IMG/VR virus record: IMGVR_UViG_3300030107_005430
Coordinates: 32,001 to 96,000 of that record
Origin: a virus
Strand: one strand, 5' to 3'
Length of the DNA: 64,000 nt
The position numbers and the translations under genes were made by a program. The notes under the pieces were generated by a model. The model was not told where the DNA came from, did no database searches, and saw nothing but the letters and a program-made list of their open reading frames with translations. Shown piece by piece: positions 1 through 8,909 of the stretch; the stretch's first letter is position 1, and every line of letters begins with the position of its first letter.

Positions 1-1015
1 CTGCAAGTCCTCGAAGTTCCTCTGCAATAGATTTAACATACTGATATGTGTTGATATTTCCACCATTCTTCAATCTCGCGGATGCACATATATTTAAATA
101 ATCTATAAAGATAATATCAGGTTTAAACTTTTTCTTGATATTTAGTTCATCAAGGAGAATTCTAAAATGATTTGAATTTGCTGTAGCAGTTGGATACTCT
201 TTAATGATAAGTTTACCGCTGATACCAGCAGTCATGGTGTTCAATTTACTGTCGTACATTTGCTTCGGAAGATCCTTAAGATCATCCATCGTAATGTCCA
301 TGAGGTTTGCATCAATTCTTTCTGCAATTCGTTCTTCTGCCATCTCACATGTAATATACAGAACATTTAGATTCTGTGAAAGGCAATTTGCTGCATGGTG
401 ACACATGAACAATGACTTACCAACACCCGTTCCCGCCATTACAATGTTTAATGTTTTTTGTGGTGTCCCACCATTTGTAATGGTATTAAAGAAGTCTAAA
501 TCGAAAGGGACTCGTTTTTCAACTCTATGATAGAACTCAAATCGTTCGTCCGAGTCTTCAATGTAATCATGTCCAATGTGAGTATCAAATGATACAGATA
601 AAGCATCAGATAAAATATTTGGTATAGCGTTTTCTGTCTGAGTATTTGATTTACCATCAATGATATGAATAGATTCCATAATGGCATTATAGATTGCTTT
701 GTCTTTACAAAATCTTTCTGTTTCTTCTGTTATCCAATTCAGATCAGGTTCTTTGTGGTCCTGTGATATATCTTCAACAAGAGAAATAGCATCCTTATAT
801 TCATCCTCATTTATAGTATTGTCCTTCTGTAAAGAAAGAACAATTGCTTCCTTTGTAGGAATACCATTATAAGAGATGATATATTCTCTTACGATTGAAA
901 ATACTTTCTTATCAATCTTGTTGTGAAAATATTCATCTTTGATGAATGGAATAACACGACGAGAGTATTCATCATTCGATATTAAATTTTGTAAAATAAC
1001 TTTTTCTTCAGTCAT
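1..1015 (-). CDS. gp41: Replicative DNA helicase gp41 (5' part; runs off the window's left edge)
   Basis: Not in the ORF track. Manual translation from ATG at 1015 gives [30 protein letters not shown]... and Walker A region KTLNIVMAGTGVGKSLFMCH; lies downstream of uvsX as in T4-like phages. Confidence 0.95.
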   Translation of the reverse strand, partial: MTEEKVILQNLISNDEYSRRVIPFIKDEYFHNKIDKKVFSIVREYIISYNGIPTKEAIVLSLQKDNTINEDEYKDAISLVEDISQDHKEPDLNWITEETERFCKDKAIYNAIMESIHIIDGKSNTQTENAIPNILSDALSVSFDTHIGHDYIEDSDERFEFYHRVEKRVPFDLDFFNTITNGGTPQKTLNIVMAGTGVGKSLFMCHHAANCLSQNLNVLYITCEMAEERIAERIDANLMDITMDDLKDLPKQMYDSKLNTMTAGISGKLIIKEYPTATANSNHFRILLDELNIKKKFKPDIIFIDYLNICASARLKNGGNINTYQYVKSIAEELRGLA

Positions 1016-1322
1016 TCGATTCTTCGTTCACGCTTCTTAGAAAATCCTGTTCGTTTTGTGTCAATTCTGATCCAATTATATCTACCAGAATGTCCCCAAT
1101 TTCACTATGAAACTTTTCACTCTTTTCCAATTCATCGGTAGAAAAGGAAGAAGGGTTTTCAATAATATCATAATCAAAAACTAACTTCATATGTTCTTGT
1201 TCTTCATCAAATCGAATAGAACCATATTGATATGAAATTCCTTCATAATCTCCTTCTGTGATTATGATAGGAACTGGTTCTGATCCAGAAGCATCGTCAA
1301 ATTTATAGTTCTTCGTTGTCAT
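1008..1322 (-). CDS. Hypothetical acidic protein between uvsX and gp41 (gp40 position)
   Basis: ORF track 1008..1343; AGGAG RBS favours ATG at 1322 (MTTKNYKF); syntenic with T4 gp40 but no recognisable similarity. Confidence 0.7.
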   Translation of the reverse strand: MTTKNYKFDDASGSEPVPIIITEGDYEGISYQYGSIRFDEEQEHMKLVFDYDIIENPSSFSTDELEKSEKFHSEIGDILVDIIGSELTQNEQDFLRSVNEESND

Positions 1323-2364
1323 CGTTTTCTCCTTCGTTTTCATCTGTCATGTTACCATACTTGAATTCTTTTGCAACTGCCGATTCCAAAGCCCACATAA
1401 CTTCATCCGTAAAATATTTTTCAGGTTCGTTATTGATTGACTTTTCGAAAGCAGTCTTCCCATCAGGCAACTCGATGCGAGTAGAAACCTTTTTAAATAT
1501 TCCATGTTTAACTGCTAATGGAACAAGACCATAATAAGGATTCAATCCGGTATCATAATTCAACTGGACTTCGACTTCCTTGTTCTCTTTGGTGAATCTA
1601 CCCTTGAACAATTTACATTTAATAATATTACCAACAATGTCAGTTCCGTCTTTGTCCTTCTTCTTTGAAAGATAGACAATCGTAGAAGCAGCGTACTTCA
1701 AACCAGAACCACCACCCATCTCTTTCATTGGAACATAAGCACCAACAACTTGGTATGTGTGATTTGTCATGACAAGAGGGATTCCCGCTCTACCCAACTT
1801 AAGAGTAAGCACACGGAATGTTGCTTTGATGACCTGAGCCCGCGTCATGTCTCGGGTTGACTTACCTTCTGCGGTATCTGTCATTTCTTTTTCGGTTGAA
1901 AGCATACCAAGAGAATCAAGAACGATCAATACGGGCTTCTTCTCTCCAGACTCGATGTATTTGTCAACAATATTAATTGCTTGGTGTCTAAAATCTTCCA
2001 CTGTAGCAACAGGAAAAATTGCAACTCTAGAAGAATCCATTCCTCTCTCTTCAATCATTTGACTGGTTACTGCTTGTTCAGTATCAAAATATAAAATGAC
2101 ACCATCTGGATTATCATCAAGAAATTTATTACAAATTCCCATTGCAAAATATGTCTTGCCGGTTGAAGACTCACCTGCAATTGCTAGGATTTTATTATCT
2201 GGCATACCACCATAAAGTGAACCAGACAAAAGTGCATTAAACGCATAACTTCCAGTGTCAACAAAATCTGTTACGTCTGCACCTTCTATGCCGTCTGAAG
2301 CAATACCTGCATAATCATTACCAGATTCTTTAATTAAAGTATTAAGAAAATCGCTATTGCTCAT
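1303..2364 (-). CDS. uvsX: RecA-like recombinase UvsX
   Basis: AGESSTGKT Walker [21 protein letters not shown] motifs. Confidence 0.97.
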   Translation of the reverse strand: MSNSDFLNTLIKESGNDYAGIASDGIEGADVTDFVDTGSYAFNALLSGSLYGGMPDNKILAIAGESSTGKTYFAMGICNKFLDDNPDGVILYFDTEQAVTSQMIEERGMDSSRVAIFPVATVEDFRHQAINIVDKYIESGEKKPVLIVLDSLGMLSTEKEMTDTAEGKSTRDMTRAQVIKATFRVLTLKLGRAGIPLVMTNHTYQVVGAYVPMKEMGGGSGLKYAASTIVYLSKKKDKDGTDIVGNIIKCKLFKGRFTKENKEVEVQLNYDTGLNPYYGLVPLAVKHGIFKKVSTRIELPDGKTAFEKSINNEPEKYFTDEVMWALESAVAKEFKYGNMTDENEGENDDNEEL

Positions 2365-2521
2365 TACGCTTTACCTTCTTTCTTTTCTTTTTGTTTTTAC
2401 TCTTTGGTTTAGTTTCTTTCTTTTTATCTTCTTCAGTTTCTGTAAAACCAAGAATTTTCGCCCAACCATCTACAGTCCTATCAATTAATGCTTCTAAATT
2501 TGTACCTTTAATATAACTCAT
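2354..2521 (-). CDS. 55-aa Lys-rich hypothetical protein (below ORF-track cutoff)
   Basis: Manual translation [55 protein letters not shown]; ATGA overlap with the upstream stop and fills the gap to uvsX. Confidence 0.7.
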   Translation of the reverse strand: MSYIKGTNLEALIDRTVDGWAKILGFTETEEDKKKETKPKSKNKKKRKKVKRNEQ

Positions 2522-2712
2522 CTTAATCTCTCCATTTGCTTTATAGAATACTCTAATTCATCACATATGTCTAGAGTTTTCTCATAGGTTTCTACCGGAC
2601 AATCTTTATCTTTTTGTTGTTCCTTGAGTATTGATCTATATTTTTCTAATTGTTTTTGTAAAACTTCCTTTATAAACAATACTGTTTTATATTCAATGTA
2701 TCCCTGATTCAT
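2518..2712 (-). CDS. Small helical hypothetical protein
   Basis: ORF track 2518..2754; likely start MNQGYIEYK at 2712 overlaps the gp43 stop (ATGA). Confidence 0.65.
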   Translation of the reverse strand: MNQGYIEYKTVLFIKEVLQKQLEKYRSILKEQQKDKDCPVETYEKTLDICDELEYSIKQMERLR

Positions 2713-5282
2713 GCAAAAAACTCCTCTAGAGTAGAAACGTGTTCGTGGTTCCACCCTATCTTCTCTAATATGTTCTTGATGGGTTCAAGGAATGATTTTT
2801 CAAATTGAGTATCATAATCTATAAACTCACTCAATCCAAATTCTTTTGGAAGGCTGTTTGGAAAAGCAACAACCTGATCCTGTCCTGCAACTCCACCCAA
2901 TGGATTTGGTTTTCTCAAATGCAGGAACTTGATCTTGTCTCCATCAATAATCTTTCTGTACTTCTTATTTAGATCCAGTTTGTCCAAGTAGTGATTATAA
3001 ATCAAAGAACCTTTTACTGCAATCGGTGTTGACTTTGTATAAATGCTCGTCATGTCACTATACTTGTTCATACCATTCACGCCGCGAGGAAAGGCAATCT
3101 CCTCTGGATCAAACGAATTGAACTTACTGCGAAAGTCTTCGATGAACTCGATCACCGTGTTCTCGTCTGTCGTTAGAATCAACTGAATCGCTTCCTTCAG
3201 TGAATCCCGAACAACCTGTGGTGTGGAACTACGAGTCGTTTCAATGCCCATGATCTTCAACTTAGGTTCATCGTAACGAATACCCTCTGAGTCATGTACA
3301 CGCATCATGTATCGTTTCTTTGCAGTCCACACTGCTTTGTCTGCAATACACTCACGATCCATAACCATTTTGTTTTCGTATGCGTTCATCATAGATGCAA
3401 GTTCATCGTACTGCTTCTTGATGAAGGGAAGAATTATTTCTTCCGACGCTTTGTCGAGGAATTCAACCACCTTCGATTTGGAGGTATCCCCACATACTTT
3501 GTCCACCAATAACCCAAGGCGAAGATACACAGAATCTGTATCACTTGCTGTAACATAATCGTAGTCCTCCGTACCGACTGTCTTATTTAGAAATTCGTTC
3601 AGTTTGTCGGCGATCCAACGAATGCTCAACTGTCCCGACAGAGTGATTGCTTCCGCCATGTCAACATTGAAATAACGAAACCATTCATTACCAATCGCAC
3701 CATAAGCAGAGTTCAATTGAATCTTACGAACCAACTGGAAGTTATTGTACTTCGCAATCTCTTTATCGAGTCTCGCACACGCAGCACCCTTACCCATCGC
3801 AGGTGCATTCAACTTCATCACTTTCTGCTTTTCCTTCTGACACTCAATCATCTTCTTCTTGTACATCTTTCGTTCTTTGTACAATTTCTCCATGAGTGCA
3901 GGAAGAAACCCCTGATGCTCTTTTGTGTAGCAGGTTCCGTTCGCTGCTATTGAATAATTATTATCTGTGTTCTGCTTTAGTGCTTTCTCAACCCATTCGC
4001 TCTGTTCGCCAAGAACACCATCGGGGGTTATCGTGTAATCCTTCTGTTGATTAATCATAGTCTCTGGACTAATGTTGTATTGCATAATCAAGTGAGGATA
4101 CAGACTGTTCAAGTCAAATGACACAACCCAGTCGTGCATACCGACAATCGGATCTTTTACATACGCACCCGCATACTGAGCATCCTTCTTGCTCGTTCGC
4201 TTTGGTGGAATGACAATGTTATGTTCCATTAGATAATGGTAGATGATGCTATCCCATGTTCTCACCTGTCCAAACACATCCATATAATTTACTTTGGCAG
4301 AATATGCGAGAGATACTGCAAGTTCAAGCAACTTCATTTTGTCTTCAAGTTTCTTGACGAGTTCAACATCTTTGACATTGTATTCTATAAATTTCTCAAA
4401 ATCATTTTTATAGAATGTTGCCATGCTATCGTACTCATCATACGACAACTTCTTCTCACCAAGTTCCACGAATGCAATATGATCCAGACGATATGATTCC
4501 TGATTCACATAGGTGAATGTCTGATACAATTCATAATAGTCAAGAGTCGAAACACCAGCGATTTCATAAGTCTGATTCTCACGATTCATTTTACGAATAC
4601 TACGTTCCTTGAGAAACTTCCAAGGCGACAATCGCTTTGCATCAGATTCACCAAGCACATTTGTAATTCTATTAACAAGATAAGGAATGTCAAAGAACCG
4701 AACATTCCAACCAGTGACAACATCAGGAGACTCCAACTCCCATGTGGACAAGAAAGAATCCAGAAGTTCTTCTTCAGTTTCAAACTTAAACTGTCTCAGT
4801 TTTCCATCATAGGGAGAGACTGCAAGATTAAAATCTCCCAAACCATAAACATAAATCCAACCATTGAAATCAACAGTAATTGCATTGATTCGTTCGTTTG
4901 CATTTTCTGGTTTGGGAAACCCATACTCCGATTCGCATTCAATATCAATCGTTGCAACTTTGATTTTCGAGAAGTCGTAATCAATCTCACCTTTATAGTT
5001 TTCCCCGATGAATTGATAAATGAAATCACTGTTACCATAAATGTCAAAACCTTTGACATCCTGATACTTGCTTATAAATTCACGGGTATCATGAATGTTA
5101 CCGGGTTGAATTGGTTCAACGTATAAACCATCGAGGGTTCTATATTCTGTCTTGTTCTGTGAAGGAACAAACATGGTAGGACGGAACTCCTCCCGTCTTT
5201 GGAAAGGAGTTCCGTCCTCCGAAACACCACGGGAAAGAATAAACTTTCCTCGTTGAGTTATGCTAGTGTAGAATTCACCCAT
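2709..5282 (-). CDS. gp43: Family B DNA polymerase gp43
   Basis: Exo I DIE, SFDLNSLYPH, KIQLNSAYG, ASDTDS, KKRY motifs; 857 aa, uninterrupted. Confidence 0.98.
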   Translation of the reverse strand: MGEFYTSITQRGKFILSRGVSEDGTPFQRREEFRPTMFVPSQNKTEYRTLDGLYVEPIQPGNIHDTREFISKYQDVKGFDIYGNSDFIYQFIGENYKGEIDYDFSKIKVATIDIECESEYGFPKPENANERINAITVDFNGWIYVYGLGDFNLAVSPYDGKLRQFKFETEEELLDSFLSTWELESPDVVTGWNVRFFDIPYLVNRITNVLGESDAKRLSPWKFLKERSIRKMNRENQTYEIAGVSTLDYYELYQTFTYVNQESYRLDHIAFVELGEKKLSYDEYDSMATFYKNDFEKFIEYNVKDVELVKKLEDKMKLLELAVSLAYSAKVNYMDVFGQVRTWDSIIYHYLMEHNIVIPPKRTSKKDAQYAGAYVKDPIVGMHDWVVSFDLNSLYPHLIMQYNISPETMINQQKDYTITPDGVLGEQSEWVEKALKQNTDNNYSIAANGTCYTKEHQGFLPALMEKLYKERKMYKKKMIECQKEKQKVMKLNAPAMGKGAACARLDKEIAKYNNFQLVRKIQLNSAYGAIGNEWFRYFNVDMAEAITLSGQLSIRWIADKLNEFLNKTVGTEDYDYVTASDTDSVYLRLGLLVDKVCGDTSKSKVVEFLDKASEEIILPFIKKQYDELASMMNAYENKMVMDRECIADKAVWTAKKRYMMRVHDSEGIRYDEPKLKIMGIETTRSSTPQVVRDSLKEAIQLILTTDENTVIEFIEDFRSKFNSFDPEEIAFPRGVNGMNKYSDMTSIYTKSTPIAVKGSLIYNHYLDKLDLNKKYRKIIDGDKIKFLHLRKPNPLGGVAGQDQVVAFPNSLPKEFGLSEFIDYDTQFEKSFLEPIKNILEKIGWNHEHVSTLEEFFA

Positions 5283-5601
5283 TCTTTTCTTCTATAATAC
5301 CATTCAAAAGAACACAATAATTAATAATATCAACAATAGCATCCTGATAACCTTCGTTATCAACTTTAAGTTTTCCCGCTTCAACAAACGTACTTAGTCG
5401 GGAGATCTTATCTACCATTCTAACAAGTACACCCGCTTCTGTCGAGCAAATTCCCATTGCTTCTGTTCTTTCAAAGTTGGCGAAAGGCGAATCTCCACCA
5501 CTTCCAGCATAGTCATGATTCTTCTTTTTCATGAGTTCTTTTGCTTCACTGCAAATTTTATCATGACTCATTAACAATTCTTCACGATTCATCTTTTTCA
5601 T
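5275..5601 (-). CDS. DUF1599 / nucleotide-modification-associated domain 1 (Nmad1)-like all-alpha protein
   Basis: KKNHDY...PFANF...VRMVDKISRL...DAIVDIINY pattern typical of this family. Confidence 0.75.
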   Translation of the reverse strand: MKKMNREELLMSHDKICSEAKELMKKKNHDYAGSGGDSPFANFERTEAMGICSTEAGVLVRMVDKISRLSTFVEAGKLKVDNEGYQDAIVDIINYCVLLNGIIEEKNG

Positions 5602-6185
5602 TATTTAACTCCTGTCGAACCAAATCCTCCAACTCGATTAGTTGTTTGTTCTGGAAGTATTGGTGTTTCTTCAAGAGAATATGAAAGGCGAGATACCAAT
5701 TCACCTTGACATATTCTTTCACCATGTTCGATTCTTACTGTGTCTGCACTAGCATTATAAAGCATTACAAAAACTTCATGGTAATAATCTGAATCAATAA
5801 TTCCTTCTCCGTTCGGCATTATAAGACCTCTCTTCAAAGAAACGCTTGATCTGGTGTGCAAACGAACGGAATGATTTTCTGGAATATTAAATATTAGTCC
5901 CGTAGGAACAAGGACTCGTTCAGCAGGTAAGATATCAATTCCCACAGCAAATGTGGAATTTGTTTTTGCTTTCATTGTACATTCTCGTTCTTCCTTTTTA
6001 TTCTCCATTGTATAAACAACAACTCTTGGAGCAGGAACACCGACTCTGATTGATTCAGAAAAATGAGCATGAAGATCGAAACATGCAGATTGATCCGTTG
6101 CAAAAATAGGATCCATTACTGTTTCGTGCTTCTTGTAATATTTTAAATCAGTTTCATGATACAACTGCTTGATCCTGACTGACAT
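5601..6185 (-). CDS. dut: Trimeric dUTPase
   Basis: SACFDL, VPTGL, RSS, GIIDSDY, RICQ, RVGGFGSTG motifs; start uncertain (6185 or 6212). Confidence 0.93.
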   Translation of the reverse strand: MSVRIKQLYHETDLKYYKKHETVMDPIFATDQSACFDLHAHFSESIRVGVPAPRVVVYTMENKKEERECTMKAKTNSTFAVGIDILPAERVLVPTGLIFNIPENHSVRLHTRSSVSLKRGLIMPNGEGIIDSDYYHEVFVMLYNASADTVRIEHGERICQGELVSRLSYSLEETPILPEQTTNRVGGFGSTGVK

Positions 6186-6399
6186 ATTCAAAAATCTCAG
6201 AAGCAGATTCAAAAATTTCTACCATTTCAGGAGGAGCAGGTGGTTCACCTTGTGGGGGGATGCCGGCTTGTCCTTGTGATGGAGGAGTACCTGTTCGCAT
6301 CCACTGTTGTGTGTCATATTGATGCTTCATTGAACTGACGTTCATTGCAATACCGATGCAACGAAGACGAATATCTTGATTTCGATTATTTTCATCCAT
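6154..6399 (-). CDS. 81-aa hypothetical protein with Pro/Gln-rich linker
   Basis: AAAGGA RBS; first gene after the sigma70 promoter and leader hairpin. Confidence 0.8.
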   Translation of the reverse strand: MDENNRNQDIRLRCIGIAMNVSSMKHQYDTQQWMRTGTPPSQGQAGIPPQGEPPAPPEMVEIFESASEIFEYVSQDQAVVS

Positions 6400-6423
6400 T
6401 TTATATTCCTTTCATAATAATGG

Positions 6424-6483
6424 ATTTTAGGTAGAGTAGGGGGGGAGGCAACGCACCTCCCTAACCATACCCCTACCTAAATT
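6424..6483 (-). other. Long imperfect stem-loop in the 5' leader (structured RNA element)
   Basis: Minus strand TTTAGGTAG-GGGTA-TGGTTA-GGGAGG-TGCGTTG-CCTCCC-CCCC-TACT-CTACCTAAA; nested complementary arms in a GC-rich island within AT-rich DNA. Confidence 0.8.
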
Positions 6484-6501
6484 TCTTAAGAGAACATATG
6501 T

Positions 6502-6529
6502 AATATACATTATTTTTAAACATTGTCAA
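6502..6529 (-). promoter_or_regulatory. Sigma70-type early promoter for the replication operon
   Basis: TTGACA-16 nt-TATATT; a late-type TCTAAATA lies just upstream (6536..6543). Confidence 0.7.
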
Positions 6530-6544
6530 CAGTAATATTTAGAA

Positions 6545-7285
6545 TCATCCAAATGCTTTTACAATAACTTTTCCATTTCCACCTGCACCGGGATCTCCTC
6601 CAGTTCCCTTTGCAGTACCACCACCACCTCCGCCGGGAACTGCTCCATCATCACCATCACGATTTCCTACAGTATTTACTCCACCATCGCCTCCTGCACC
6701 ACCATCTGGACCCCCTGCATCTCCACCATCACCACCAGCAACTGAGAAGTTTGAAACATTACCTCCTGCGGAACCACTGGTGTTTGTATCTCCGTTGGTT
6801 GAAGTTCCACCTGCACCTCCGTGGACTGGATTGGTGTTGTGACCACCTTCTCCACCATCTCCGCCGCCTGCTATAACATTAGTATATCCGTGAAGAGCGA
6901 AGCCTCCAGAAGTTTGTATTTGAATTAACTGGGTGTTTCCTCCATCTCCACCTGCACCTGCGACTTCACCATTACCATCTCCTGCCGCACCACCTGCACC
7001 GACAGTAAATTTTAGTTGATTGTTTTGTGCTACATGAGCATGTTGTATTTTGTATTTAAGATAGCCTCCACCACCACCACCTGCACCCGCCTGCGAAGCC
7101 GCACTTTTACCACTACCTTGGGAACCTCTATCACCACCACCTCCACCACCACCATACATCTCTACTTCAAGATACACTACACCTGCGGGTATAGAATAAG
7201 TCTGAGTACCAGTGCTTGTGATATTAGTGGTACTTAATACTTGATACTCTCTCGTACTCGCTGCTCTTGCTGCACCTAAACTCAT
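6545..7285 (-). CDS. Glycine-rich virion/fibre-associated protein
   Basis: TYSIPAGV...EMYGGGGGGG...FTVGAGG...GAGGNGKVIV is the common phage Gly-rich domain; ATGA-coupled to the fibre gene. Confidence 0.8.
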   Translation of the reverse strand: MSLGAARAASTREYQVLSTTNITSTGTQTYSIPAGVVYLEVEMYGGGGGGGDRGSQGSGKSAASQAGAGGGGGGYLKYKIQHAHVAQNNQLKFTVGAGGAAGDGNGEVAGAGGDGGNTQLIQIQTSGGFALHGYTNVIAGGGDGGEGGHNTNPVHGGAGGTSTNGDTNTSGSAGGNVSNFSVAGGDGGDAGGPDGGAGGDGGVNTVGNRDGDDGAVPGGGGGGTAKGTGGDPGAGGNGKVIVKAFG

Positions 7286-8883
7286 GCGAAGTTCAATCCA
7301 CCTACGAATCCGTAAATGTTAGTACCACCATCGGTAGTCAAGAATGAAAGTACGTCTGTACCTGATGATGATAGAGATGGTGCAGCACCACCCGGCCAAT
7401 CAACCGCTGAATGCCATGTTGTAGTATTTGCTCCACCGTTTGTGATGATGAGAGTAACCGTTCCTGCAAGTCCAGATGCGGGTGGATTTGTAAAAGTGAA
7501 TAGACAATCTCCATTTCCGGTTACTGTCTGAACAGTACCATCATTGAAATCAATACTGGTATTGGTAGTGATGGTTCCAATGTCATATACTGTTTCTCGA
7601 TATGGTTTTTCGAAGGTGACGCCAGCACCGCTAACATCTATCACATCCTGACGAGTACCACCAGTACTTGCTGATATAGTCAATCTTCCTGATTGCATGT
7701 CAATAGCAGTTGAACTGTCTCCGAAGTGTTGTATATAACGATCAACTGAAAGTTCATTTGCTCTGATGTTTATTTCTGCACCACCACCGTTGAATGCAAT
7801 ATGTTCAGTATCACCACCAATTGTAATAATCTGATCTTCTTGCATGATCAGATCACCACTAAGAGTTAATTTATCGAATGTAGCACCATCTGCGGATATT
7901 CCTCCGCCTTCAAGGTGTAATAAATGTTGAGGATTATTATTATTAATCCCAATATTACCATTTCCCAGAATTGTCATTCTGTCTTGATTGTCTGTTGCAA
8001 ATTGAATATATTGATTAGCAGATCCCGAAGATGACTCTGATTCAATATAGAATGCATTTCCTTGTGCGCCATCAAATTGATTATTCGATTCACCATTGAT
8101 TCCGATGTTACAACTGACTACTCCTCCGTCTTGTTCTAAACGAATGAGTGGGTTGTCGTTTTCACCAGAGTTGTCTGTATCTCCTTTAAGTGTAAGAGCA
8201 ACGTCACCTGCATTCTCGACCACCACATTACTACCGAATGTTGCTCCTTTACTGACATTTAGACCTCCAATAATATCCATTGTTGATCCGGGAGTATTGG
8301 TTCCAATTCCGACATTTCCAGAATCAAGAATTGTCATCTTCATATCACCATACACACCAAACTGTAAATCATTGTGACCCCATTTGGTATTTAAATACGC
8401 AGCATTACTTAATGAATTGGTAAATATCTGTCCAGCGTTACCTACAATACCCAGAGTGAAGTTACCTTCATCGCCATCTTGTCCCATTGATATGAGTGGA
8501 TTATCATTTTCACCGGAGTTGTCTGTGTCTGCGATTAGGTTGAGTGTTACATCACCCGTACTAATTGCTGTTATTTTTCCTCCAAATGTTGCTCCACCCT
8601 TTGCGTTAATTCCACCAGTCATTTCTAGTGTATGTTCGAGATTGGGACCAGTAATTCCTATTCCAACTCTGAGGTTGACAGCATCATAATAGAATGCAGT
8701 GGCACCCTGAATGATAGAACCAGTTGCATCATAGTATGCAATTTCTCCCGTGTTTCCCTGTTCGTTTCCAGTCTCTGTGGATGCACTTACTTCCCACGCA
8801 CCTTGAGCATTGTACTTCCAAGTTTTACCCTCGTAAGTATAGGTACTGTTTAATGATGCTGATGATGGGAAATTAATTGCCAT
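7282..8883 (-). CDS. Tail fibre-like protein with internal repeats
   Basis: N-terminal MAINFPS..Y.Y.GKTWKY...W module; three GN(V/I)GI...GATF repeats, two carrying DTDNSGENDNPLI; C-terminal FTFTNPP...VDWPGGAAPSLS..GTDVLSF fibre domain. Confidence 0.8.
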   Translation of the reverse strand: MAINFPSSASLNSTYTYEGKTWKYNAQGAWEVSASTETGNEQGNTGEIAYYDATGSIIQGATAFYYDAVNLRVGIGITGPNLEHTLEMTGGINAKGGATFGGKITAISTGDVTLNLIADTDNSGENDNPLISMGQDGDEGNFTLGIVGNAGQIFTNSLSNAAYLNTKWGHNDLQFGVYGDMKMTILDSGNVGIGTNTPGSTMDIIGGLNVSKGATFGSNVVVENAGDVALTLKGDTDNSGENDNPLIRLEQDGGVVSCNIGINGESNNQFDGAQGNAFYIESESSSGSANQYIQFATDNQDRMTILGNGNIGINNNNPQHLLHLEGGGISADGATFDKLTLSGDLIMQEDQIITIGGDTEHIAFNGGGAEINIRANELSVDRYIQHFGDSSTAIDMQSGRLTISASTGGTRQDVIDVSGAGVTFEKPYRETVYDIGTITTNTSIDFNDGTVQTVTGNGDCLFTFTNPPASGLAGTVTLIITNGGANTTTWHSAVDWPGGAAPSLSSSGTDVLSFLTTDGGTNIYGFVGGLNFA

Positions 8884-8901
8884 GTCTAATGTCCTTTACA
8901 C

Positions 8902-8909
8902 TATTTATC
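8902..8909 (-). promoter_or_regulatory. T4-type late promoter variant (GATAAATA)
   Basis: About 20 nt upstream of the fibre gene start. Confidence 0.6.

Noticed and set aside
6140-6185. Possible frameshift at the dUTPase start (coupled ATG AAA CTG ATT TAA is out of frame)
   Set aside because: An in-frame ATG at 6185 gives a complete protein and there is no slippery site or other support; only homologue alignment or reads could revive this
6424-6483. tRNA, SRP RNA, intrinsic terminator or G-quadruplex
   Set aside because: No cloverleaf or T-loop, no SRP GGAA loop motif, no sense-strand U-tract; the G-runs are better explained by pairing with the C-runs
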